From Candidatus Poribacteria bacterium (GTDB lineage: Bacteria > Poribacteria > WGA-4E > PCPOR2b), in contig OZ244042.1 of the NCBI GenBank assembly GCA_965215015.1, positions 2,688,001 to 2,752,000 on the forward strand: a stretch of 64,000 nt of DNA, read 5' to 3'. The translations under genes and the position numbers were made by a program. This document shows positions 1 through 9,398 of this stretch, one piece after another. Below the pieces are notes generated by a model that saw only the letters and a program-made list of their open reading frames with translations, had not been told where the DNA came from and ran no database searches. The first letter of the stretch is position 1. The number at the start of each line of letters is the position of its first letter.

Positions 1-117
1 GGACTTCATCGATCGCTATCAACTCCGTACCTCGTCAGAAGCAAATTGACGGGGTCATCGTAACAACCCAATTTTTGTGCCGATACAGATTTTTCCCCTT
101 GATCACAGGGTAGAAAC

Positions 118-160
118 AAAAGAAGCCAAGCCACATCAATAATTCGACGCGACTTGGCAC
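118..160 (-). terminator. Probable intrinsic terminator on the minus strand
   Basis: Minus strand reads GCCAAGTCGC...GTGGCTTGGC followed by TTCTTTT. Confidence 0.55.
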
Positions 161-162
161 TG

Positions 163-391
163 GGTGATTTTCATCAACTTTATAGCACTAAACAAGGAGT
201 AGTTGAAACTGCTTACTCTCAATTTAACAAATCTGTACGACTACAGTTTCATTAAATTTCAAGGGTTATTTCACCTGCTGCCTTAACACAGGTGATTTTC
301 ATCAACTTTATGAGACTATACAAGGAGTGGTTAAATCTAGTTACGCTAATCTTAACGAATCTGTACAGCTATAGTTTCATCAATTTTTAAG
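163..391. repeat. Two diverged 101-nt direct repeats (163-263 and 291-391), period 128 nt
   Basis: Hand alignment is ungapped with 20 mismatches in 101 nt; the first 21 nt (GGTGATTTTCATCAACTTTAT) are identical. Confidence 0.9.
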
Positions 392-401
392 AGATGCTAC
401 A

Positions 402-693
402 TTGACGAACTCCCAAACCGAAAGGGTTGGGAGTCTTCACTATCCCTTTAGGAGTGGAACTGTGCACTCAACGAGGTCAGCCCACTTGTATTTACAACGG
501 GACTTGAAACGGGGACGACCGCACTTTTTACCTTTATTAGGGGGAGGATTTATAACATTCATGTCTCCAACGTGAATATTAACAAATCTCACCTGCCTAA
601 CAATCAGACAATTTCAACTGTTTTTTGACTGAATACCGTTTGCCAATCTGTATCCCCGTCTGAAAAGACGGGGTTTTAGATCGGAAGATTCTG
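402..693 (-). mobile_element. Non-autonomous IS200/IS605-family mini-element (both ends, no ORF; probable omegaRNA)
   Basis: Left end TTAT^CAG...AAAA-CCCCGTC-TTTTCA-GACGGGG-AT; right end GACTCCCAACCCTTTCGGTTTGGGAGTTCGTCAA. Confidence 0.85.
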
Positions 694-754
694 ATAAGCA
701 GCCCATCCGTTATCAAATCGTATTGCGAAACGCAAGCCCGCAGCAACCTTGCAA

Positions 755-1981
755 TTAATAGCTCGCCTGAAGCGTCAATGATGCAATATTGTGGGTATAA
801 TTCAAGAAGTCAAAGATTTCATTATCCTCATTGGTATCGTTGCGCGTGAGTTGATAATCCGCAAGAATCGTCAAGACATTACTAACCTGCCAATTGATTT
901 GGAAATTCAGACCGTATTGATTATCCTGTCGTTTCTCTGCGTTCTCACTGACGAAGCCATCGGCACCCCGTACCCGGCGCCCATCGAAGGTGATGCCCAA
1001 TCGCGACAACCGCAGCCGCGCCCAACTCTCACCGTTGATTTTGTAAAATGCTCCAACCGCCGCCTCAATCGTTGAAAAGTCGTAGAAACCGACATTTGAG
1101 TCACTCAGAAATAGATTTAACTCTTGTTGTAAGAGGATTCGACTCGCCGGAATTTGAATCAGTTTCGCCGACACGAAGTTTCGCAGATCGGTTCGAGATT
1201 CCCCTCGTTCAATCCCGGTGATACCCAACACAAGATTATTCAGATTGTCCTTATAATTTTCCCGTTCGAGCGAATACTCTAATTTCGCCAATAAAGCCTT
1301 GAGAACTCCCAACTGTATCTTTGCGCGTCCTTGATGCATTGTCGAACCTACAAGTAGGAAATCTTCACGTCGTGTTGTTTCATCATCAAAACGATTGATG
1401 TATAGGTTATATGCCAGCAGCCTGCCGAATCGAAAACTGATTTGGCGTTGGAGACCGTCAAACGCATCGTCTCTCCGATCCAATCGCTGCAGCTGATGCG
1501 ATACGCTCAAGGTCGGTAACTGCGCTGTCGGACGGAAACTGAGCTCGGTAGAAAAGAGATCGGTGAACGCATCGAATTCGTTGAGTTTCCCGTTTTCGCC
1601 GATATAGTTTTCCAATTGTGGATAATATTGTAAGGTGAGTCCGAAACGTTTCCCAAGCGGTAAAGTTCCTCGAAGGTTGACACCAGTACGGTTAATGACA
1701 CCTTCAAGTTGTGGGTCTTCACGGCTAGCAAGGCTACTTGTATTCGGATCAATGCTCAATCCAAATTCGACATGGTTGTTAAAGATATTGCTCACCTGAT
1801 AGTCAATAGTGAGATCAGATTCAAAGGCTGCCGGTGCTTCTGTCTGCTGTTGGAACAATTCCTGACCGTATTCCCGTCGGAGTTGAGCGGATGCGACCGA
1901 AACCTCAATCAGCAATAGGACGGCTGCCACGCATGTCCAGTGAACCCCGCCGAATGGAAATTGATGGAACCGTTGTTGCAA
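755..1981 (-). CDS. Putative outer-membrane beta-barrel protein
   Basis: Signal peptide (..VSVASA/Q), alternating amphipathic strands, C-terminal LTLQASY; TTG start at 1981 after GAAAGGG preferred because the ORF-track start at 2032 lies inside a hairpin. Confidence 0.75.
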   Translation of the reverse strand: MQQRFHQFPFGGVHWTCVAAVLLLIEVSVASAQLRREYGQELFQQQTEAPAAFESDLTIDYQVSNIFNNHVEFGLSIDPNTSSLASREDPQLEGVINRTGVNLRGTLPLGKRFGLTLQYYPQLENYIGENGKLNEFDAFTDLFSTELSFRPTAQLPTLSVSHQLQRLDRRDDAFDGLQRQISFRFGRLLAYNLYINRFDDETTRREDFLLVGSTMHQGRAKIQLGVLKALLAKLEYSLERENYKDNLNNLVLGITGIERGESRTDLRNFVSAKLIQIPASRILLQQELNLFLSDSNVGFYDFSTIEAAVGAFYKINGESWARLRLSRLGITFDGRRVRGADGFVSENAEKRQDNQYGLNFQINWQVSNVLTILADYQLTRNDTNEDNEIFDFLNYTHNIASLTLQASY

Positions 1982-1996
1982 TTTCTGTTCCCTTTC

Positions 1997-2050
1997 AAAA
2001 AAATAGGGGCACGGCTCCCAAAGTCGTTCCATAGGATAGCGTGCCCCTAT
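1997..2050 (-). terminator. Intrinsic terminator/attenuator between the small lipoprotein gene and the beta-barrel gene
   Basis: ATAGGGGCACG...CGTGCCCCTAT stem followed by a T run on the minus strand. Confidence 0.6.
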
Positions 2051-2052
2051 GA

Positions 2053-2728
2053 TTGAGATGCTCTCCGCCCTAAAGGACAGAGATTCCTTTGATTGCCCTT
2101 CAGCTGGAAATTGTGCTATCGGGCTTGTTAAGCAATGCCTAACTAGCTGCGAGATTAGCCAGCCGCAGATGGTCTGACAACCTCTCCTGCAAGGGTTGAG
2201 GCCCCAACCCTATAGATATTGACCGTCGCGTTGCGGTCCCTATCCAACTGTGTATCGCAGCTTAGACACTGCCATGTCTTGTGGTGCTTGCGAGCCAAAT
2301 CCAACCGCGCACGTTCGCGGTTGTTTGAACCTTTTCGCTTGGTGTTGTGCTTGCGACTTGATTGTTTGAGAGCGTTGAAACAACATAAAAAAAATAAAGA
2401 CGATTCTATATCGTGCCCGTTGGAACCCGTCAGATACCGTTTCAGACCCAAATCGAAGCCTGCGATGGGCCCGTCATGACTCGGTTAAGGTCTCCATCTA
2501 CATGGTCCGTTAGGATATAGACCTCGCCAATAGCATCCCGTTTGATAGTACAACGCTTGGAAGTGCTAAAAATATCACGGGACTTGAAATACGGATAGAT
2601 ACGCTTGCCAATACCAATCTTGTTACCGGGGAGAAGTAGCCAACCCCCTTGAAGCAACGTGAACGATTTATATTTACGGCGAGGCTTAAACGGGGGCTGC
2701 CCGATGCTTTGGTTTGGGAGTATGTCAA
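2053..2728 (-). mobile_element. tnpB: Degenerate IS605-family tnpB element (frameshifted, internally deleted)
   Basis: Fragments FKPRRKYKSFTL, FDLGLKRYLT (RuvC-I) and WQCLSCDTQLDRDRNA (Zn finger/RuvC-III); right end GAATCTCTGTCCTTTAGGGCGGAGAGCATCTCAA ends at 2053. Confidence 0.9.
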
Positions 2729-2964
2729 TAGATTATACAAGCTCCACCCGCACAGATGCTGCCCGCTTTTTTTGTGACATCTCCGGCAACTGTACTCGCT
2801 TCGCTTGCTTCAAAATCCGCAAGGATTTCCGCGGTTTCGTTTGCCGATGCAGACAACCCAATCTGCAATTGCCCGCTCGATGTAAAAGTTGGGACGCAGC
2901 CTGAGAGACTAATTAATCCCAAAAGTATAACTAAAACCGTACAACTCAACCAGAATCTTTTCAT
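2725..2964 (-). CDS. Small lipoprotein with C-terminal C-A-G-G-A-C motif (79 aa)
   Basis: RBS AGGAG; lipobox LSGC; the stop codon lies within the adjacent IS end. Confidence 0.75.
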   Translation of the reverse strand: MKRFWLSCTVLVILLGLISLSGCVPTFTSSGQLQIGLSASANETAEILADFEASEASTVAGDVTKKAGSICAGGACIIY

Positions 2965-3019
2965 GATGTCGATCTCCTGTTACCTCAAATGTGAAACGGA
3001 TTCTTCCCTTCCTTCTCAA

Positions 3020-4189
3020 TTATACCTTCACCTCTTTATAATCCACCTCATCGAGATCGTTAGTGCCCAAATCCATTCTCGACGCTGAGCGGATATATTT
3101 CGACAATCGAGAGAGGGACGATAGATTAAGTTCCTTTCGTTTTTCCTCGATTGTTTGATAAACAATCTGATCTAATGCAACCGGATCTTGACTCACCAGG
3201 AGGCCGCCGTACTGCCACACCCCGTCGGGATCATACGTCGGGCCTCCATCGAACGCGGCGAGCAACCCATCGATGATGTTCAAAACAACCTTATCTTTGA
3301 GGACGGTATGCGCGAAGATATCAGCGATAGCAGGGTTACAGTTCAGTGGATTTGAGTGGAAGCGGTAGGTATTATCGACGCTGCCGAAGGCAAGGTTTTT
3401 CAGACAACCACTCACGCCAGCAATCCCATGATGCTTCATCACCGGAACATTAATAACCACTGTCAACTCTTTGGTGAGGAGGTTTGTATATCGGGAGCGG
3501 ATGCTGCCACTCTCGCGGCGCTCCACAACATCCTTTTCAGTTTCATAGAAGACTTCATCGTCGTAGCCAACTCCTTCACTATCCGATGCAAAGCAACGCA
3601 CCCCTCGACTGCTTTGATTAATCTCGTACCCTGCATCAATCAGATGCGATTCAAACCGATCCCATATAATAATCTGATTTGCGAGGACGCCCACCCCGTA
3701 CAACCCATCGATAATTTTATCAACGATAATCCGATGGGTGCTCAATCGCTTTCCGGCGAGTGGATTTATTTTTATTCCAACGATGTCGGTCGGCAAAATA
3801 AAATCCTTCCATGCCTCTTTCGCCGAATTAAGCCCAGTGAGCGTCATCATTGCGCGGTCGATCATTTCACTGACAATCTGCTCGTCAAGCCTTTCGCCAA
3901 CCCAAACCTTTTCGCTTCTGGCTTCGACAAGCGGCGTAAGTTGCTCTTCGACCACCTCTCCCGGAGCTCCACCGGGCTGACGCCGCAATTGAGCGATGGC
4001 GTTCTTGGTTGCTGAAGTTACGCCCCCCAACGCGAGTCCCAACCCAACAACGCCTTGAGATGCCTGACGCAGAAATCGGCGCCGACTCACCGGTTGTGGT
4101 AGGACTGTTTTTGTGCGCGAAATCTGGTCGCAATCCGCTTGAATTTGTGCAACTATAGGATCTGATGTGGGGAGGGGTCTATTTGTCAT
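3020..4189 (-). CDS. Tat-exported DUF362 domain protein
   Basis: Twin-arginine SRRRFL; DUF362-type motifs VGIKIN, INVPVMKHH..AGVSGCLKNL.FG, GGP and SQDPVALD. Confidence 0.85.
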   Translation of the reverse strand: MTNRPLPTSDPIVAQIQADCDQISRTKTVLPQPVSRRRFLRQASQGVVGLGLALGGVTSATKNAIAQLRRQPGGAPGEVVEEQLTPLVEARSEKVWVGERLDEQIVSEMIDRAMMTLTGLNSAKEAWKDFILPTDIVGIKINPLAGKRLSTHRIIVDKIIDGLYGVGVLANQIIIWDRFESHLIDAGYEINQSSRGVRCFASDSEGVGYDDEVFYETEKDVVERRESGSIRSRYTNLLTKELTVVINVPVMKHHGIAGVSGCLKNLAFGSVDNTYRFHSNPLNCNPAIADIFAHTVLKDKVVLNIIDGLLAAFDGGPTYDPDGVWQYGGLLVSQDPVALDQIVYQTIEEKRKELNLSSLSRLSKYIRSASRMDLGTNDLDEVDYKEVKV

Positions 4190-4456
4190 TGAATGGATTC
4201 ACTGAGTTTACCAAATCGTATTTACAACCTTACTTTGAGTAATTGTCTATGAAATACCAGATGATTGTGTGCGCGTCAGCTACATTATTCAATTTCATCA
4301 ACTTGGCTAGCGAACTGGATCAGTTTTTCCAGAGTCCCCTTAGGTATTAAGACACGATTTTCGGAGACACTTTCAAATTGAACACTTAACAACATTGTTT
4401 GCTTCTCGCCTTAAAAACTCGACAATAACCGTTTACGTTATCTGCACTTTGACTGT

Positions 4457-5461
4457 TTACAAACCTTTCAACTCCGCAACAATCCTGTCGCCCTTTAGCC
4501 GATTCCCAACGCGAACATCAAGGAATTTCCAGCGGATAACCCCGTTTTCATCGATGATGTAGGTCGTGGGGCGTGCGATTCGAGGATTTAGCGGATCCCT
4601 CGCGTTGTACGCATCAATTGTTTTCAGCTCCGGGTCTCCAAGCAGGGGAAATTCAATTTCAACATTATCCTGCCGTTTGACCTTCTCAATTGATTCCTTT
4701 GCCTGTGCTGGATTATCTACACTGATCGCGAGAAGTTCAGCACCTGCCGCTTGAATCGCTTCGTAATCTGGCTGCAACTCACCGAGTTGCCCAATGCAGA
4801 ATGGTCACCAGCTCCCTCGATAAAAAATCAACACAACCTTTTTCTTAGCTGCGTAATCTGCGAGGGCTATTTTTTTTCCATCTTTATCAGGTAAGCTGAA
4901 GTCCGGAGCTTTCACGCCGACTGCCAATCCATCGCCTTCTGGAAGTTGTGCAGGTTCGAGAGGGATAAGCTCGACCTCCAATTTTACTGTTTCGCCGACT
5001 AGAATGGGGTCAACAGTGAACTCCTGTTTCTCGTATTCATCAGAATCAATGGCGATCGTGAGTTGCTGGTCCGTGGTAACGCCTTCAAACTCAAAAACGC
5101 CCGATGTAGCCGTTGGTGTTTCCAAGACAACCCCTGCTTCATCGGTCAGTTGAACGCGTACATCGATGAGAGGAGTTTTCGTTACCTGATCCAATACGAG
5201 TCCGCGAATAGTCGCCGATACGTCCTCAACTTCTTCAACCTCAACTTCTTCAACCACCTCTTTCGGCACGTCTTTCGGGCTCTCGGTTGGAGGAACGGGA
5301 TCTGGTTCGTCGGTTGATACATCTGGTGCCACGGCTGGTACCACGGCTGTATCCGGCTCCACAATAGATTCCTCATCGCTGCCACAACCAAACAATAACA
5401 TGCAGGCAGACGCCAAAACTATCAGTAATTGAATTTTAGTTAATCTATCTCTTATAACCAT
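4457..5461 (-). CDS. Probable selenoprotein: lipoprotein with a carboxypeptidase-regulatory-like domain fused to an AhpC/TSA peroxiredoxin-like domain, U-P-F-C active site (334 aa, Sec219)
   Basis: ORFs 4805-5461 and 4457-4777 are in frame; reading through TGA at 4807-4805 gives FYRGSW-U-PFCIGQLGELQ, the CxxC position of the redoxin fold; lipobox LFGC. Confidence 0.9.
4774..4804 (-). promoter_or_regulatory. Putative bacterial SECIS element
   Basis: GCAACTC-GGT-GAGTTGC perfect 7-bp stem with a G-initiated loop, 21 nt after the UGA. Confidence 0.8.
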
Positions 5462-6018
5462 TTTTCCAACTCGCTTTCGTAGATTGCCTTATCTTCTTGT
5501 GCACCGCTAAATACCTTTACAATTTCTCCGTTACGATTGATGAGATACGCGGATGGTAGTACCGGCACCTGGTATCTTTGAATAGTTTCGGACTCTGCCA
5601 GAAGAATCGGGTAGTTGATGTCAAACCCTCTTTTGCTGAGATCCTGAAAAAAAAGTTCAATATTTTCTAGCCGTCCATCCACATCATCCGCTGAAATACC
5701 AATCATCTCAAATCCTTGCCCTCGATATTCGTCGTAGAGTTCTATGAAGCGTGGAATCTCCTCTTGGCACGGTTTACACCATGTCGCCCAAAAATCAACG
5801 ATGACAACTTTGCCCTGATAATCCGAGAGGCTTACTTCCTCCAGTTCTGTGTTGAGCAGCGTGAAGAGCGGGGCAGGCTGAAACGATGGATCTCCATTTA
5901 CATCACCAGTATTTGTCATTTTGTCACTTGTATCATTGTCACTTGTATCATCCGAACAACCCAGAAATGGTAGCAAGCAGAGGATGAGACTAAATAGGCA
6001 AAACAATTTCCAATACAT
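5452..6018 (-). CDS. TlpA/ResA-family thioredoxin-like lipoprotein
   Basis: GKVVIVDFWATWCKPC motif, cis-Pro (VLPS), lipobox FLGC; overlaps the start of the downstream gene. Confidence 0.92.
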   Translation of the reverse strand: MYWKLFCLFSLILCLLPFLGCSDDTSDNDTSDKMTNTGDVNGDPSFQPAPLFTLLNTELEEVSLSDYQGKVVIVDFWATWCKPCQEEIPRFIELYDEYRGQGFEMIGISADDVDGRLENIELFFQDLSKRGFDINYPILLAESETIQRYQVPVLPSAYLINRNGEIVKVFSGAQEDKAIYESELEKWL

Positions 6019-6123
6019 ATATGCCTCCTGAGATTCAAGGAAATGGGTGTTGCTGTTAAGACTACTTTCAGCACAGTTTAGTCAGATTTTGAACATGGAC
6101 ATTGCACCATATCGGGCAAAAAT

Positions 6124-7062
6124 TTAACCGAGACGTAAAATGGTGCCCTTTGATCCAACAATCCAAGCGTGCGTCTTATACAGATAGATGTCCAAAAGGT
6201 GCCATGCCGCCTCATTCGGTTGAGGCGACCACGTCCCCCCGGCATCGGTGGTATGCAGAATCAGGCCATCTTCACCAACCGCCCAACCCTGTTTGGAATC
6301 TCGGAATGCAACGCCGCGCAAGGTTTTCGGTGTACCACTTTTCTGGGAATTCCAGTTTGCACCACCATCAATCGTGTGTAAAATCAACCCATCCGTTCCA
6401 ACGATCCAACCGTTTTGTGGGTTGACAAAATAGACGCCGAGCAGCGATTGTTCAGTATCGGCCTGCTGTTCACGCCAGATCTCGCCGCCGTTATTCGTGT
6501 GGAGGATCGTCCCCTCCTTACCGACAGCCCAGCCGTACTTAGCATCAGCAAAATGGACAGCCCACAGATGCGGTGCCGGCGGTGAATTTTGGCGACTCCA
6601 CGAACCCCCACCGTTATTTGTGTGAAGGATGACGCCCCCGCCGCCCACTGCCCAACCCTCTGTTTCATCTACGAAATGAATGTCGAGCAAACCACTGTCC
6701 GTGTGGCTTTTTTGCGCTGTCCACGATTTGCCCCCGCTGCCCGTATAGTGGATCTGCCCTCTGATACTGACCGCCCAACCATTGTTGGGGGTGGAGAAGT
6801 GCACCTTATTGAGCGCGTTTGGAGTAATCGCTTTTTGCGGCGAGCGTACCTGCCACTTCAAACCACCATCCTCTGTGAATAGCACCAAACCATCCGTACC
6901 AACTGCCCAACCGCGTTTGGAATCTACAAAGTGAACACCGTACAGGTGTGCCTCTGTTCCCGATTCGATCTGTTGCCAACCCGTCGGCGTCTTGTCGCCG
7001 TCACAACCGAAGTAGCTGACAATACAGACGCAGGTAATGAGTGTATGAATGTATTTCCTCAA
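6124..7062 (-). CDS. YCF48-like/BNR-repeat beta-propeller lipoprotein
   Basis: Repeated L..VHF.D...GWAVG..G.ILHT.DGG..W units; lipobox YFGC; RBS GAGGAGG. Confidence 0.9.
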   Translation of the reverse strand: MRKYIHTLITCVCIVSYFGCDGDKTPTGWQQIESGTEAHLYGVHFVDSKRGWAVGTDGLVLFTEDGGLKWQVRSPQKAITPNALNKVHFSTPNNGWAVSIRGQIHYTGSGGKSWTAQKSHTDSGLLDIHFVDETEGWAVGGGGVILHTNNGGGSWSRQNSPPAPHLWAVHFADAKYGWAVGKEGTILHTNNGGEIWREQQADTEQSLLGVYFVNPQNGWIVGTDGLILHTIDGGANWNSQKSGTPKTLRGVAFRDSKQGWAVGEDGLILHTTDAGGTWSPQPNEAAWHLLDIYLYKTHAWIVGSKGTILRLG

Positions 7063-7126
7063 GATCTCTCCTCCTCAATTTTATAGAATTGAGTTTATAC
7101 CCGTGCAAATTTCGTGACAACTTCGA

Positions 7127-7363
7127 TAGGTTCCGTTGATATTTGACGGATTGGACTAATCCTAATACTTAAGATGATTTCGTACTGCTGGCGGTTGATT
7201 TTCCAAAATCGACAATACCTAGAACATAACGCGATAGCATTTTGTCGAGATATGAATCTGGACATACAGGTTCTGTTACCATGACAGATTGAGCCAGTCT
7301 CCGTTCCGAGAGTCTACGACCCAATGGGCTTGGACTGATTAACGAGATGTCAACACTCCCTAG
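7127..7363. mobile_element. MITE-like element (TAGGTTCCGTTGA...TGTCAACAC..CTAG family) with a nested repeat
   Basis: Same terminal inverted motifs at 30010-30079 and 36477-36784; the internal TTTTGTCGAGATATGAATCT module recurs near 27742, 35281, 36637 and 55841. Confidence 0.7.
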
Positions 7364-7565
7364 TAACGTCCGGTCCAAGCTATCCTGTGATGTGGCGCAT
7401 GACTCATTCCAGTGGGCCTCGGCTGAATCGTTTTATCGAAATAATGAGAGAATATGGCTGCGTATATACAAAATATATCGGTTACGGCTACCCGTGGACC
7501 GGCGCGCCTCATTCGTTAATTGAACCAGAACTAAAAAAATCTTCTGTGTCATCTGGCGTTTTCGC

Positions 7566-7883
7566 TTATGCTTTACGAGTTGAATCCAAATCAAGCCTAT
7601 CGTCCCCTTTGACGTTTTGCATGGCGCGAGAGCCAGTTTCAGGTATAACCACCCTCTGTTTCGGTGGATCAGGAAGTAAATATACCTTTTCAGACTTAGT
7701 TTCAGACCTAGTGCACAGATAAGGTCGCGAAAAGCAGAAATACACAATCCCCGAAGTTACCAATACCAAAAATAAAACGATTCCCATTGCGATAAACAGA
7801 GGAGAACGAAGCTCCTTTATTTCTTCTCGCCAAGGTTTCCAACCCTTCCCTGTTCTATCCCGCCAATCGTAGAAGATAGGCAT
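7566..7883 (-). CDS. Hypothetical single-TM membrane protein, possibly truncated
   Basis: Strong RBS AAGGAGG before ATG 7883; one hydrophobic helix. Confidence 0.5.
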   Translation of the reverse strand: MPIFYDWRDRTGKGWKPWREEIKELRSPLFIAMGIVLFLVLVTSGIVYFCFSRPYLCTRSETKSEKVYLLPDPPKQRVVIPETGSRAMQNVKGDDRLDLDSTRKA

Positions 7884-8174
7884 TTTATACCTCCTTTTAA
7901 TATCACCAAATGTTGTAGAGTTTTTCGATAGGCGCGGTTTTCCAACGGGACAAAACACGTTTGATCGCATTGCTTCAGGACAGACACACCGATTCCAATC
8001 AGCACTATAAAGGTTAGGGTAACCCTTTCCTAAAAAAATAGTGTGGCGAATGGAAGCCAGCTTTTTTAGTACCTATGCTAAAATTGACGCCAACACCATT
8101 CCAAACACCGAAAGTGATTGAGCAAAATCGTAACCGGCGATACGTGTGCTCGTCCGATTGTTCCCGTCTGAACA

Positions 8175-9383
8175 CTAAATCTTTTCCCCAATTCGCATCA
8201 ATCTATCGGCTGCCTCACGTAATGTCGCTTCGTCTTTGCTAAACATAAATCGCAGCTTCGTTCGGCCAAGTTCCGGACGACTATAGAAACTTGACCCAGG
8301 CACTCCACCTACCCCAATCTCCTTCACAAGCCAATGTGCACATTCGGTATCATCTGAAAAGCCAAAATTGCTGATGTCGGTCATGATATAGTACGCGCCT
8401 TCGGGAATATAGCACTGAAACCCCGCTTTCCTCAACAGCGTTGAAAACAGTTTGCGATTGTCATCATACCTTTTGACCAGTTCCCGGTAGTATTTCTGCC
8501 CCAATTGAAGCGCAACCACCCCCGCCCGCTGTAACGGGTGTGGTGCACCAACCGTCAAGAAATCGTGCATCTTGCGGATGGCGTTTGCCAGATATTCGGG
8601 CGCGATCACGTAGCCGAGTCGCCAGCCGGTCATTGAGTAGGTTTTGCTCAATCCTGAAACGGTGATTGTTCGATTTCGCATCTCTGGCAGAGAGCCAATG
8701 CTGATATGCGGACGTTCGTCGTAGATCATATGTTCATAGATCTCGTCCGTCACAGCGAGGCAGTCAAACTCACAGCATAGCGCAGCGATTTCTTTCAATT
8801 CTTCGTGGGTGAACACTTTTCCGATCGGATTACTGGGTGTATTCAAAACAATCGCCTTCGTGTTTTTGCTGAAGGCGGCCCGCAGCTCATCGGGATCGTA
8901 GGTGAAAATATCGCCCCTTCCCGGACAGCGTGTCTCTCGCAACGGCACGTAGATGGGTGTCGCCCCAGAGATAATCGTATCGGGTCCGTAGTTCTCATAG
9001 AACGGCTCAAAGATTACGATTTCATCGCCCGGATTGATAATTGCCAGCAGCGACGCCATCATCCCCTCTGTTGAGCCACAGGTGACGGTGACGTTTCGAT
9101 CCGGATCCGTCGGAATGCCGTTAAACGTTGTGACCTTGTGAGCAATTGCCTCACGGAATCTCGGCGTCCCCCAAGTGATACTGTATTGGTTGTAGCCAGC
9201 GTGGATGGCGTCAATTGCGGCTGCCTTGACTTCATCGGGCGGTTCAAATCCGGGTGTCCCTTGCGACAGATTAATTGCATCATAACGGTTGCAGAGCTGC
9301 GTCATGCCCCGGATAACCGACTCAGTAAACAGAGTCGATTTGTGTGAGAGCATCGGTTTTGAAGTTGAGAATCCGTTTTCCAT
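8175..9383 (-). CDS. PLP-dependent class I/II aminotransferase
   Basis: INLSQG.P, NTPSNPIG, DEIYE and SGLSKTYSMTGWRLG motifs. Confidence 0.95.
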   Translation of the reverse strand: MENGFSTSKPMLSHKSTLFTESVIRGMTQLCNRYDAINLSQGTPGFEPPDEVKAAAIDAIHAGYNQYSITWGTPRFREAIAHKVTTFNGIPTDPDRNVTVTCGSTEGMMASLLAIINPGDEIVIFEPFYENYGPDTIISGATPIYVPLRETRCPGRGDIFTYDPDELRAAFSKNTKAIVLNTPSNPIGKVFTHEELKEIAALCCEFDCLAVTDEIYEHMIYDERPHISIGSLPEMRNRTITVSGLSKTYSMTGWRLGYVIAPEYLANAIRKMHDFLTVGAPHPLQRAGVVALQLGQKYYRELVKRYDDNRKLFSTLLRKAGFQCYIPEGAYYIMTDISNFGFSDDTECAHWLVKEIGVGGVPGSSFYSRPELGRTKLRFMFSKDEATLREAADRLMRIGEKI

Positions 9384-9398
9384 GTTAATCCCACCGCC

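Noticed and set aside
265-305. Hammerhead-like UGAUGA...GAAA on the minus strand
   Set aside because: Stem II does not close directly on the core, and stems I and III cannot be formed convincingly
4285-4396. 37-codon minus-strand ORF (MLLSVQFESVSENRVLIP...) inside the redox cluster
   Set aside because: Too short, weak RBS and no recognisable motif; cannot be supported
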